Assembly: GCF_009834535.1 (NCBI RefSeq)
Contig: NC_045696.1
Location: 51,772,001-51,836,000, forward strand
Origin: Camelus ferus
Taxonomy: Eukaryota
Direction of reading: 5' to 3'
DNA: 64,000 nucleotides
Of this stretch, positions 52,331 to 64,000 are shown piece by piece (the stretch's first letter is position 1; the number at the start of each line of letters is the position of its first letter). The translations under genes were made by a program, and so were the position numbers. The notes under the pieces are model-generated. The model did no database searches, was not told the DNA's origin, and was given only the letters and a program-made list of their open reading frames with translations.

Positions 52331-54150
52331 TGACTTTTAACGAGGAGGGATGAAAAGAGACACCAGGTAGAGGTAACAAAATAAAAAATTACAGAGCAAG
52401 GCAGAATGTTTTCCATTCAGGAAACGGCAGGTGGTTTCAGACAGAGCTCTGGGTGACATTTGGGAATAGAGGAAAAGGAGGTTTCAGAGGAGGGTAGAGC
52501 ACACCCAGGTTGTGATGGAAGCCCCACATTAGGTAAGGCGAACAGGAAAGGCTGAGGCCCGGATGATGAGAAAGAGCATTCCCAGCTGAGTTCTGTACTC
52601 ATGTACAGGTAAGTCTACTCCAAGGAGTGGTTAGAGAGTGAGGGGTTCTGATTCCTGGTTGTCAGAGATGAGCAGCACTATTTCAAATCCTATTCCCCTG
52701 TCTATTACCTAATCTCTTTTGTTGTCTCTGGAACCATGGCTCTTTTCCATCAATGAATTCATTCAGTCCCTGTAATCAACTCTGATTAGTGTTGTTTAAC
52801 ATCAATCTTTTCTACTTTTTTTCAAAGAAAGATACCAATCAATTCCGCATACTCCTGCTTGTTAAAAGCAGCACCTCTCCTGCTGACTTACCATTCTCTT
52901 AATCAAAAGGGCAGGAGGAAGCAGTTGGGATTCACTTTTCTTTTTTTTTCTTTCAAAGTACACAAATGTCAACTTCCTCAAGGATGTTTGGCATAGCTGA
53001 GTTCAGTCATGTAATGTACAAAGTCAGCTTGATCAAAAGGTTGCAGGCTGCCCACTGCTAAAATGGAGGGAGAAAAGGAAACCCAGGGCTTCTCTGAAGT
53101 GTGAATGAGTGCGCAGGCCACCGTCACATGTGTATTTACACTGAGGACATGCTGAGCTGACAAGGGAGTTCAGGAAACATAAACCTCTATTACTACACTT
53201 CTCCATCTTCACCTTCGAAACTCTGGAGTGGCACTTTCTTCTCCTTCCTCCTTTTGATGTTGTATTTAGCTAAGGACTTTCCATTTAGCTTTGTAGCAAC
53301 CCCAAGTCATTGCCATTTATATGTATCTAAATAATTATTTTCACTACCAGCCCTCCAACGTTTAGCTGAAAAGTATAACTGTCCTTGCCTCCCTGGACTT
53401 GAAAGTGTTAGTGCCAAGACAGGCACCAGGTTGTTGATCCATTCACTCACACATTCTCTTCCTCATTTAACAAATCAGTATCCATCACATGGCTGTCAAT
53501 ATGACAAACCCGTCAACAATTCCCCTGGAAGAAACTTCTAACAGTCAGAAGCAGAAAATAAATTTTCCGAAGAGTTTATTATCTTAGATTACACTGTAAC
53601 TCAATTTGGTTTCAGAAATAGGTAACAAGTCTGTAAATAATACTTATGGACATGTCTAAATCTGCACACACATTCCCGTCAAGCACAGAAGTCATCATGT
53701 ATGGTTATGGTCCCCAAAAAAGTTGCAGAAGTTATTTAATATTTGGAACAATGTACAGCTGGAGTAGTTCACAAACAGCATTTTGTGCAACCTCATCATC
53801 GTTCTAATGTAAAAACTAAAGTGATGAGAAGGTGTAAGGTCACAGAGCTCTTAGTTTCAGCCAGAACTAGAATTGAAGCTCCAAATTCCTAATCTAGGGA
53901 CTTTTATTTCATGATATGACCATTTATTAGGTAGGAATGATGGGCAGGAAAGAGAGGAATACAAAATCTTAAAGTTACTGACATAAAGGGACAAGGAGGG
54001 ACAAGGAGAGACATGAGATGCTAAGAGATCACTGATCTAGGGAAAAGCTCTTTGACTTTCGTGAAATGCCTCTGAATTCTTGGGAAGGACATAGGAGAGG
54101 TGTACATACAGGATCATCATGTCCCATCTTCATGTGTTCTAAAAATTCTC

Positions 54151-54477
54151 ATATATAGTCATTTGTTTCTTCTAATCCCAACCTCCTAGCTTTTACCTCC
54201 TGCACTTTGTTTTCTATGTTTGTGAGTCTGTTTCTGTTTTGTAAATAAGTTCATTTGTATCATTTTTTAGATTCCACATATAAATGATACCATATGGTAT
54301 TTGTCTTTCTCTCTCTGACTTACTTCACTTAGTATGATAATCTCTAGGTCCATCTGTGTTGCTGCAAATGGTATTATTTCTTTCTTTTTTATAGTTGAGT
54401 AGTATTCCATTGCACTATGCTGTACACCAGAAACTAACACAGCATTGTAAATCAACTATACTTCAATTAAAAAAAAA
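54151..54477. mobile_element. L1 3' end with 5' inversion
   Basis: 54151-~54412 is minus-strand L1 ([40 protein letters not shown]). ~54413-54477 is the plus-strand L1 terminus cactatgctgtacaccagaaactaacac...tatacttcaatt plus an A tail. Confidence 0.9.
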
Positions 54478-54487
54478 TCTCTTAGAA

Positions 54488-54675
54488 AAGTGTTTCTCAA
54501 ACTTCCCTGATTATAGCAATCAACTATGTTTCTTATTTCAGATATAAATGCCAGGTTCACTCCATGGAAATTTCTGATTCTCTAGGTCTGGTGGGCGAGG
54601 CAGGGACCCAGACATGTGCATATTTCACAGGCGACCCTGATGACTCTTAGGATCAGGGATGTTTAGGAGATACTG
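54488..54675. mobile_element. MER5-type hAT-Charlie MITE
   Basis: Ends aagtgtttctcaaac / gtttaggagatactg; internal ttctgattctctaggtctgg. Flanking 8-mers tcttagaa / tcctagag resemble a Charlie-type TSD. Confidence 0.75.
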
Positions 54676-57600
54676 TCCTAGAGAAACCTTTGCCACAGCA
54701 GCTACAAATTTCTTCATTACTAATGAACTGTCCCATTTCAATATTTCTATCGTGCCTTTTTAAGCAGGTGCAAACTCTTATAGCAAACCATAAACTTACG
54801 GTTTAACATGACTTTGATACACTTACTGAGTTTTGGGCTTTTAGCAATAGCAGAAGGTCAGGTGGAGTTCTTAAGTAGCTCACTCTCACCCTCACAGAAT
54901 TATTAACCTATATATAACTCCCAGGTATCAATCCCTAATTTATTATTATTTTTTAAAAAGCCTGTACTCAGGCAACATACTTTAATTGAATATAGGGTTT
55001 CTTTTTTCCACTTTCTGTTGATCTGATTGATCAAATTACTGATTTCTACCCTATTGAAGGAGATCTTCAGAACAATCATTCTGCCTTTGTTGCACAGTAG
55101 AGATATTAACAATAATATTAAGAGGAAAGCATAACAAATGAAAAGAAGTAGGAAAAGAGAGCTCTACATCTGAACCCAGTCCCTCTCCTGTTGAGTGAAA
55201 CACATCTTACAGGGTTTGACGTATAGAAGTAAGTCCTTTCACATCATCTCACCCGTCTTTGATAGGTCAGTCTATTTCTTTCCAAATTCTGTCTGAGACA
55301 AAACTCTTCTTGCTCTTCCACTTACCTTTTAGAAAGGCAAAATCAGGAAACTCTAAGATGAGCTCACTTCTTTTATCTTTGAATCAGACTTTTATTAAAT
55401 GGATACCACACAAACCAACCAAAACCAGAAATACTCCTGTCACTTCATTTGCAATAATTTCAGTCCTGAGGAAAATTGAATTTTTGTGGAAAAGAATGGT
55501 CCACGCCCTCTTATAAGCATGAGAGGGAGGGGCAATGTCTGTACAGAACATCTGTTAATTGTGGTTGTACTGCAGTTATATTAAAAATTGCACAATTAAT
55601 TTCCACTATCGAATTAAACTGGTAAACGGATCCAGATTAAAAACATAAGTTTGCTCTGCTTGTTTTCCTTAGTTATATATGAAATACTGATACATTCAGT
55701 TTGCCATCACTAGTATATTTTCACTTCGGGGGAAAAATGTCTTTTTGCTCACCAGGCATGCTCATACTGGGATGACAAAGACACGGTCAATGATGTATAT
55801 AGTTACAGGGATGTGGCTACTCCTAAAATAAGCACCTAGTTTAGTAGACTATTTCCATTAGAAACTTGAAGCACAATAATTTTTTTCCTACTGGGAGAGA
55901 GTATGTCTCTTGAGTAGGGCAGAGGCTGAGAGGCAGCCTGCAGCAGAAATACACCTGACACGCAGAATCCAAGAGGATCAGACAGCATCAGAACAGCGTT
56001 GGAGCCGACAGAGAGCAGAAACGTGTGGCCTCCTGAGTCACGACTGAAAGATTACAGATGGTGGGTGACCATGGTTTTAAGAGCCCATCCTCACTGGCCA
56101 CGACAACACTGGCAGGCAACATTTGCAAGGTCCCCCTAATTATGTCAGTGACCAGCGCTAGCCTTCCAGGTTTGGCTGGAGCAACTAACAAGCTGCCCCT
56201 AGCCTCCTTCAAGACTCAAACGATAAAGCCACAGCAATCACAGCAGCAGCGGCAGCGGCAAGAGCGCGGCTTTGACCTGCAGCTCCTGCCCATCAAAGAG
56301 CTGTGCCCTGTCTGCTCCCGCTGACAGGCAGATAAATACACAGATCTGTCGGCAAGTACATATTCATGTGTATCTACAGCTCCTTCATACAGACCTATGG
56401 AGAATGCATAACAGCTTCCAGTGGTGTAACACATTCACCCACTAATGGGGTGAGACCCATTACTCACAAATGGGTGAAAAGAAGCATCAATATGCAGGTC
56501 TTAACCCCAGTTTGTGGGCAGAAACCTGTCACTTCCATTGCAGGCCAATAGGTCTCCTATTCAGACAGTCCTTGTTTAATTTTCCAAACACCCTTCCTCT
56601 AAATGGTGCCACTCTACGCTGTGCAGACAGACAGGTTTGACAAGCAGAGCCATCAATTTCACATTCCCTATGCCAACCTGCTGGGAAAAATTAGGCCAAG
56701 TAAGTACCTGGGATTGACTGGCTGGGGAGGCATAAGAGTTTGGCACTTAGGAGGTATTTTCCATATCAGAACTCAGGAGGGAAACCTCACAGAGGGTTGT
56801 CTCTGTTCAAAATGCACAGAATCAAGGGAGTCCAAAAAGGTACACTAGTGGTCTACTGTGGGGCATATGTTATGCTGAAACTAGAAGATAAAGAGAAAAG
56901 TAAGGCATGGTCCTATCTAGCAGGAGTTCTGAGCAGGCAAGAAAAGGCAGTCACTCAAATAATCATAAGATAAAATGGGGCGCTCGCCTCAGGAGTGGAA
57001 TACAGCAACGTGTACCACAGTTCTTGGCCAGTAAAAAGTTGAATACAGACATGATACACTGGCCAAATTGTTACCCTTCTAGAAATGTCAGACCTATCCA
57101 GAGAAAGGCCAACTGAGTGCATGACTGATAATAATGGCACTCAGTGAAAGACAATTTAATGAGCACTGTTTCTCACAACTGAGTACCAGAATATCCTGGG
57201 GTCCCTGAGACTGCCTCAGGAGTAAGCCAGAGCTTGGGATATTCTTGACATCTCTGGCAGCGTGTACCCTGCATTGAGGTTTCCTTTCGGTGTTGATCTG
57301 GTTGAACTGAAGATGGAAGGGAGAAGATGTAGGAGAATCTATCACTATTTCAGGAGGTAGACAGTGAGAGTTAAGAACCATTTAGCTAAAACACTCCTCA
57401 AGAATCTCCCTGGGTGGATCAGTACTCTGTGATGTGCTGGATTTCCCATAGAGTCTTGTTTATTTAGCAACTCTAAGCATGAACACAAAGAAGTCTATGT
57501 GTCCCCTGAATTTATTCCCCAAGCAATCAAACTTTGATAGCATATTATGTTCAGGAATATACTATAATAAAGCCCACTCTTGTTGGAGGCTTACGTGAGC

Positions 57601-57774
57601 CTGAAGGTCCTGTCTCCAATCTGGTCCTGCCTTATAAGTAGTGATGGACTTCACCAAAATCAAATAAAAAAGCAAAAAGGACCTCACATTTAGGAGATAT
57701 CTTTCAGTTAAAATTATGGTTATGAGGGACTAGGGTTACGGTTGGTTGGAAAGAGACATGGAGAGTGCAGTTAA

Positions 57775-57950
57775 TGTTTCCTGAAATGTCCATTTTCTTT
57801 ATCTCCACTGTCATGACTGTATTTGAGTTTTGGTTGCTCTCCACCTGAATGACTGCAATTGCCTCTCAGCTGGCATCTCTGACTAGTCTCAACCCCCTCA
57901 AACCACCCTGCACACTGTGGCCTGGTGGACTCTTAAAACACCACTTTCAG
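57775..57950 (+). mobile_element. L2 fragment
   Basis: ctctccacctgaatgactgcaattgcctctcagctggcatctctgac...ctcaaaccaccctgcacactgtggcctgg. Confidence 0.6.
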
Positions 57951-58049
57951 TTATTTTTGCTTGTCTCTCTAAAATGTGTCAAGTATTCAGCCAGCCCTTA
58001 TTGAGTTCTAACAGTATGACAGGAATTGTTCTCATTATCCACAAAGCAT

Positions 58050-58210
58050 ACATTTTTTTTGTATATACCATTTCATTTACTCATCCATCAGACAATGAGC
58101 ATTTGAGTTCTTTCACTTTTTGGCTATTATTAATAATATTGCTATGAGTATTCATGTACACGTTTTATACGGACATACACTTTCCTTTCTTTTGAATAAT
58201 ATACCTAGAA
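58050..58210 (-). mobile_element. L1M fragment
   Basis: catccatcagacaatgagcatttgagttctttcactttttggctattattaataatattgctatgagtattcatgtaca. Confidence 0.75.
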
Positions 58211-60139
58211 ACACAAGGAATACATTTTGTACTCCACCTGCCTTTTCACACTCATATCCTAATATTCGCCAAAATGGATCTCATTTCTAATTTCATCACT
58301 TTCTGTGCACATCGCCTTCACTCCCATTGCTGTGCCTTCAGGTCAAAATTTTCCTTCATTCCCCCCACTTCCCTGTTTTCTGATATCACACCATCACATT
58401 CCAGTTTTCCTTCTCTCCAAAAGACCCTTTTTCCTTCATCCTTCAATGCCCAACTTTTACATCAACAGCTAGAGTTCTCTCTCTTCTATCAAGCCTTCCA
58501 CATGCCATTAGAAGCCACCCTGATGTGAATTCTTATAAGCACGCACTGCCTTTCCTTACTGCTCGTTTTAGTGCATAATTACAGACTAGTAATTTCCACC
58601 TAATTAGTTTTAGGATCTAATTACTAATCTCTACAATAAGGCTATATAAACTAGAAGCTCCTTGTAAGCAGGTATTGTCTTTGATAATAGTAACACTGTT
58701 AACTATTGTGACAAATACTAATTAAGTTTAGCATCATACTTGTTTCTGTATTTAAATTGGCCCTCCTCTTCTTTTTAAAAAATCTTTTCTCCCTTTTTCA
58801 GAAAAGCACCTCCCCCAATAAAAAGTGACAATAAAGGGCACACAATAAATATATCAACATATGATGGTCAGTGGTTTTGACCAGCTGCAACAAGGTGGGA
58901 TTTTATTTTTAGTTCCTCTCACTTTCACATGTGATATTTACTGCTAGACATACTCTACACTAATGCCAACATTTCCCAATTAAATTTTACATTAATTAAG
59001 CTTTGGATGTTGTTAGTACTAGCCTAGGGATAGAGCAGGTATAGGGCAACTGAGACCAGGTTCAGGATATCAGATCTCTGATGTTTATCAAGGAGCTAAG
59101 ATAAGGACCATTGTGGAGGCATAACAAATGGCCCAACACATGGTCGGCCAATGTGGTTGAATGCTGCTTCTTTCAGATCAGGCTTGATATCAGCTTTCAC
59201 TTACTTACTATTGACATAAGCATATTTTTCTCAAAATATAATAAATATAGAAAGGGGTATGTGAATAACATGGTATGAAGATCAAAGTTAAGGTTAGGAC
59301 CAAGGACATCAGATGAAAACGCAAATGGATAATAAATCACTCGTAAGATTAAAGTTCAAATTTCAAATGGGAAGAAGGCACAGGCAGAGGAATAAGAAAC
59401 ACAGTTCTAAGGGTAGTGTTCGTGGATTCACAAAGGAAGAGATGGAGCAGATAGGAGGGTAGTCCTACTATACTGACTGGATTTCAGTGTTGAGAGTTTC
59501 AAATCAGGCAATGAGAGAAAACTAACTAGCAGAGTTTGGACTAGAAGACAGAATAATAACTAGGGATAGTGAACACAGTGGCCTAGGTGGACAATGAGTT
59601 TAGCATTTAGAATATCAGGTAGCCAGGACTAGGACCTAAATGAAGGGGCTGGAAATAGAAGAACATTCATTCATTAATTCACTCATTTACCTTACATTTA
59701 TTTATTATGCTCAAACTACCATGGTGAAACCATCAATAGATCGGACTGGATCATGCTTAACAGAATTTATAGTTTAGGAAGGACTTAAGCAATGAGATGA
59801 GAACAACCAGAGTTAGTAGGTAACAGGAGTGAGGCCCAGCCACTGAACAGTTCTGCATCAAGTATTTGGAACCAGTGTAAAGACTGAACATAGCAGCAAA
59901 TCCACCTCATCTAAAGCATGGTAGTCCTTGTATGTTCTCTGCTTAGGAAGACATTGAAATTAACACATAGGTGAGGTTTAAGCCCACAGCTGGAGTAAGC
60001 AGGCATTGCTGGGTGGATGGGGTGTGGGCTTGTCTGCGTGTATGTGTACGTGTATGCACACACGTGTGTAGGTTTCTCCCTAATGGATATTAACCAAAAC
60101 ACTACAGCACAGGAATAAGTGATGAAGAGGAGGTTGATA

Positions 60140-60360
60140 ATGGTGATTATAATAGCAGCTAATGTTTATTGATTGATATATATTACTTTGCCAAGTATTG
60201 GTTTAAATCCTCTACATTTATTAGGTCATTTACTCCCAGAGTGATTTTATCATGAAGGTATCATCATCATCCCCATTTTACATATGAAGAAATGGAGGCA
60301 CAAGAATTAAATAGCTTTCCCAAGGTCACACAGTTAGTAAGTGGTAGAACCCAGAGAGTC
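60140..60360 (-). mobile_element. MIR SINE
   Basis: catccccattttacatatgaagaaatggaggcacaag...cccaaggtcacacagttagtaagtggtaga. Confidence 0.85.
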
Positions 60361-60618
60361 TGCCCCCTTATCACTGCTCTGCTTCCTAAATCCAGGAGAA
60401 CAATAGGCGAGTTGTATTTCCTCATGTCAGAGCTTATCTATGTCTACATAATTTTTTTTTACATTCCCATGGATATAAATTATCTGAGGACAGATACTCT
60501 TTCTAGAGCAGTAGCACCTCTCAGAAATGTGACAATGGCAAACTATGTTGCTCAGGAATATAATGAAAATATCATGGTAACAGATGAGAGCGATTCAGCT
60601 GTTATAGACCTTAATTTT

Positions 60619-60909
60619 TTTGGCTCATCTTTTAAAAAAATTTTTTATTGAAGTGTAGTTGATTTACAATGTTAGGTTCAGGTGTACAGGAAAGTGATTC
60701 AGTTATATATATACATATTCTTTTTTGGATTCTTTTCCATTATAGGTTATTATAAGATATTGAATATAGTTTCCTCTGCTATACAATAGGTCCTTGTTGT
60801 TTATCTATTTTATATATAGTAATGTGTGTCTGTTAATCCCCGATCCCTAATTTATCCCTCCCTGCCCTTTCCCCTTTGGTAACTATAATTTTTTTCTATG
60901 TCTGTGAGC
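60619..60909 (-). mobile_element. 5'-truncated cetartiodactyl-type L1 3' end with perfect TSD
   Basis: ttttattgaagtgtagttgatttacaatgtt...caggtgtacag...ttttccattataggttatt...cccctttggtaac. Perfect 17-bp TSD ttatagaccttaatttt at 60602-60618 and 60910-60926. Confidence 0.95.
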
Positions 60910-62789
60910 TTATAGACCTTAATTTTAATCACAATATTTAAGCAATAAAGAAACATTGTGATGAAGCAGTAGGACAATGGACAGGCTAATGTGGAAAGTA
61001 AAAACTTTAGTCTCAGTCAGCCACTAATTGTGAGTCTAGCTCTCTGCCTCTCCATCCTCCATTCCTCTACAAGGTGACATAAGGGTGAATAAGATGACTC
61101 TAAAATGCATTTACCTTATGAGGAGTCATAAGTTCTGTTACTACTGTGATTTTCTGAAACATGATAATTCTGCAGGGATTTCTAATTAAGACAGTATGTA
61201 GACAGATGACTCCCAAGGCCAGGAAAGACAGAGACTAAGTGAAATATCAGCCATAATGACTGAATGAGTTTGAACTCCAGTGTCTAATTTTGTAGTATCC
61301 TCTCTTGACGAAGTTGGTTGTTAATGTAGGGGCATGAACATTTTCATTACAAACCAAAGAGAAACATATGCTGCTTTGAATCTTTCCTTGTTGGTCTCCT
61401 GAAGTCATTTCCAAAGCATCATCTGATAAATACTATTCGACAAATTGCAATTTTATTACTGTTATTTTCCTTAGAACATTAACATTCAATTAGACAATTA
61501 ACTATGGCTTCCAATTTTCAGCTGGACTATGTCTCAGGACAGAATGGGAATCATTTAGGGGTTCTAGGGACCCCTTTAGACATCTAGGGAATCACTTTTG
61601 TAAGGCACTGCATAACTTGTTCCTTACTGCATATTATTCTAAGACTATCCAGTACTGGCATTTTCACAAGAGAGCATGGGTCAAGGTGAAGAGAGGAAAG
61701 GATGGGGCAAGCACTTATAAGCTGTGAACTCTGATGGACAGGTAAGTCTAAAAGTCCCTACTGTTCTAGACACAACAGGTTGGTAGACTCTGACCTTAAA
61801 CGGAGTAGAGAATGTCTTCAAGCAGGAAAACAAGAACACCTATATTCTGAACTTGTTGGGGGTTTCTGGCCCCTTTTCGCATTTGACCTTCAATGAATAA
61901 TATAACTGCTTTTAGCCCTTATCCTAGACCAGCTGCAAAGGTGACAGATACCTGTCATACTTTAGGACAGCTTATCTCCTCAGCCCCTGGAGTGATTGAG
62001 TATTTATAGACACAAAGACAGAAACATAAAACACATATGTATAGGCAGGAGTCTGTTGGAGGTGGCGATTAGGACGAGGCAGTAATGTTAGCTTGAGTTC
62101 CTATGACTTAAATAGCCACTTGAGCTCTGCTCTTGCAGTTTACGATGTCAATAGAACCCCTAAATGAAATTACAGCCTTCTGATACGCAGCAGGATATCC
62201 TTTCTTTGCCATGCAATGTACACGGCCAGGAGAAATTGCTCTGTATATGGAGTTTCGCTAAAGCAGAATTTATCATAAGGCTGCTCTGCTAAAATATCAT
62301 TATGCTGTTATTCACTGGATAACACATCTAATGACTCGGGGTGCACTTGATAGCCATGTTTCAGTGAACACAGACGCACGCCCTGATGTGAACTGGGCAC
62401 TCCAGTGCTTCAAAGCGCTATCGATTTCAATTCTACCATAATTTACACCTGGCTTGTTTTGCCAATAGCTTGAACCCATGCTAACACTGGAACAGACACA
62501 TACAAGTATTAGAGAAATCAGAAATGAACTGTATAGCAAAATACATGCAGCAAACTTCAGGATTCTGCTTTTGTAATCTCCCTTAATGTTCATCAAACAC
62601 TCTGCACTATTTTCTCTGTTATGCTTGGGCATTTTCTCTGCTAGCACTGTCCCATGGTTGGTGATGACAGTAATAATAATAGCCTCTTATATTTATACAA
62701 ACTGTTGGTACTTCCAGGGCAGGATGTGGGCACCAGTCTTTTTGGTTCCTCCACCATCTAGCACAATGGCTGGCACATAAGAGTTGCTC

Positions 62790-64000
62790 AAAATAATCTT
62801 CTCTAAGATGCCTCTTCCTCTCTCTGTTCCATAAATGTGGTTTATTCCAAGGATCTGCTCCCTTTTGCTTTCTACCAATACATTTCCCTTGAGAAAAGTC
62901 CACTCAGTAATTTTAACTATTACCCTGATGCTGACGATCCAGATGATTGCCAGACTTCTCTTTATCCCTGACCTCTCTCCAGGTTCCTGAGAAAATCCAA
63001 CAGCCTCCCAGGCAGAGGTCCTGATGCTTCCCAGCATCTCACAGTTAACACATTCAAAAACAAATTCATCATCTTCCCCCAGCCTACGGAACCTCCTCCT
63101 CATAGCCTTTCTTGCTTAGCTGTACAAGGCAGAAACCTGGGAGCAATCCAAAATTCCTTCTTCTCTTGATGCCCAGCTCAAAGGTTATTAAATTGTGTCC
63201 ATTCTGCCTCTTATCTCTCGAACGTGTCTCCTCCTCTCTATTCCCATAGTTGTTGTCCTAGTTCAGGGCTTCATTGTGTTCTGTCTGAACAATTTTAGTT
63301 GCCTCCTAACTCATTTTTCTGTCTCTATTCTCCCATTCCTCCAATCTATCCTCTGCCCTGCTGCCAGAGTGATCTTCCATAACACAATTTGATCATTAAC
63401 CTTCTCCACTTAAAACCATTCAATGGCTCCCCAAATGCCACATGATGATAAAACTTCTTTGCATGGCAATCAAAGCCCAACATGATTGTTCCCTGCCTAC
63501 ATCTATAGCATCATTTCTCCATACTCCTTCACTAAACGTGAGTGATACTGGTCCCCAACTCTGCCATGCTGTTTCCTATTTAAGTGCCTTTGCCCCTGCT
63601 GGTCCCCTTTCTGAATGCTCTTCCTCGCCCTGACCATCTGGGAAAATTCTTCAAGGCCCAGCACGGACTTATTAGCTCTTCTGTGAAGCCTTCCCTGACC
63701 CTCTGCCGCAAGGTAAGTTCAGGTAAACAGTCACTATTTTGTGCCTCGAAGGTTCCTCGAGCATCCTTAAATTACGTTACTTAGCATATGATGTTATCAC
63801 AACTTGTTTCCCAACCTGTGTCTCCACCAGCGAGCAACACGAGGTCACGTCTTCTCATGTTTGTACTGTCAATGACAAAGCCAACACCTTCACAACAGCA
63901 TATAAAGGCCTACCTGCTCAGGCCCCTACTGCCTCCCCTGCCTCATCTACCACTCCCCTGCTCACCCACTCTGATCCTGCCACATAGATTCCCTTATTAC
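62790..64000 (+). mobile_element. L2 LINE fragments (ORF2 end/3' region)
   Basis: tgctgacgatccagat...ccctgacctctctcc; aggcagaaacctgggagcaatcc; ctgccagagtgatctt; aaaccattcaatggctcccca; cttctgtgaagccttccctgacc. Confidence 0.75.

Noticed and set aside
1976..63987. The supplied six-frame ORFs as protein-coding genes
   Set aside because: All are 152 aa or shorter, many start at TTG/GTG, many lie in repeats or microsatellites, and none resembles a protein I recognise other than L1 ORF2 remnants.
1..64000. tRNA, rRNA, snRNA, snoRNA, tRNA-derived lineage SINEs or processed pseudogenes
   Set aside because: None recognised by eye; tRNAscan-SE, Infernal and BLASTX would be needed to exclude diverged copies.

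Overview
This is AT-rich, CpG-depleted mammalian genomic DNA, not prokaryotic. One young L1 3' end (50306-50570) resembles camelid L1 as I recall it, and several others are cetartiodactyl-type, so a camelid source is plausible (inference). Much of the window is recognisable transposon debris: old L1M (one ~5 kb copy), six younger L1 3' ends (most with target-site duplications, one 5'-inverted), L2, L3/CR1, MIR, an MLT1 LTR, Tigger (MER44, MER47) and hAT MITEs, and microsatellites. I recognise no protein-coding exon, RNA gene or CRISPR array. The supplied ORFs are L1 ORF2 remnants or, most likely, chance ORFs. The window looks like a large intron or intergenic region. The best leads are repeat-free, CpG-retaining islands with promoter or splice signals (about 12.5-12.9 kb, 28.3-28.8 kb, 33.9-34.5 kb with 37.1-37.4 kb, and 56 kb). 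These may be alternative first exons or enhancers of an unidentified gene. I found no supportable novel biological system. Repeat family names come from remembered consensus motifs, not a database search, and boundaries of old repeats are approximate.
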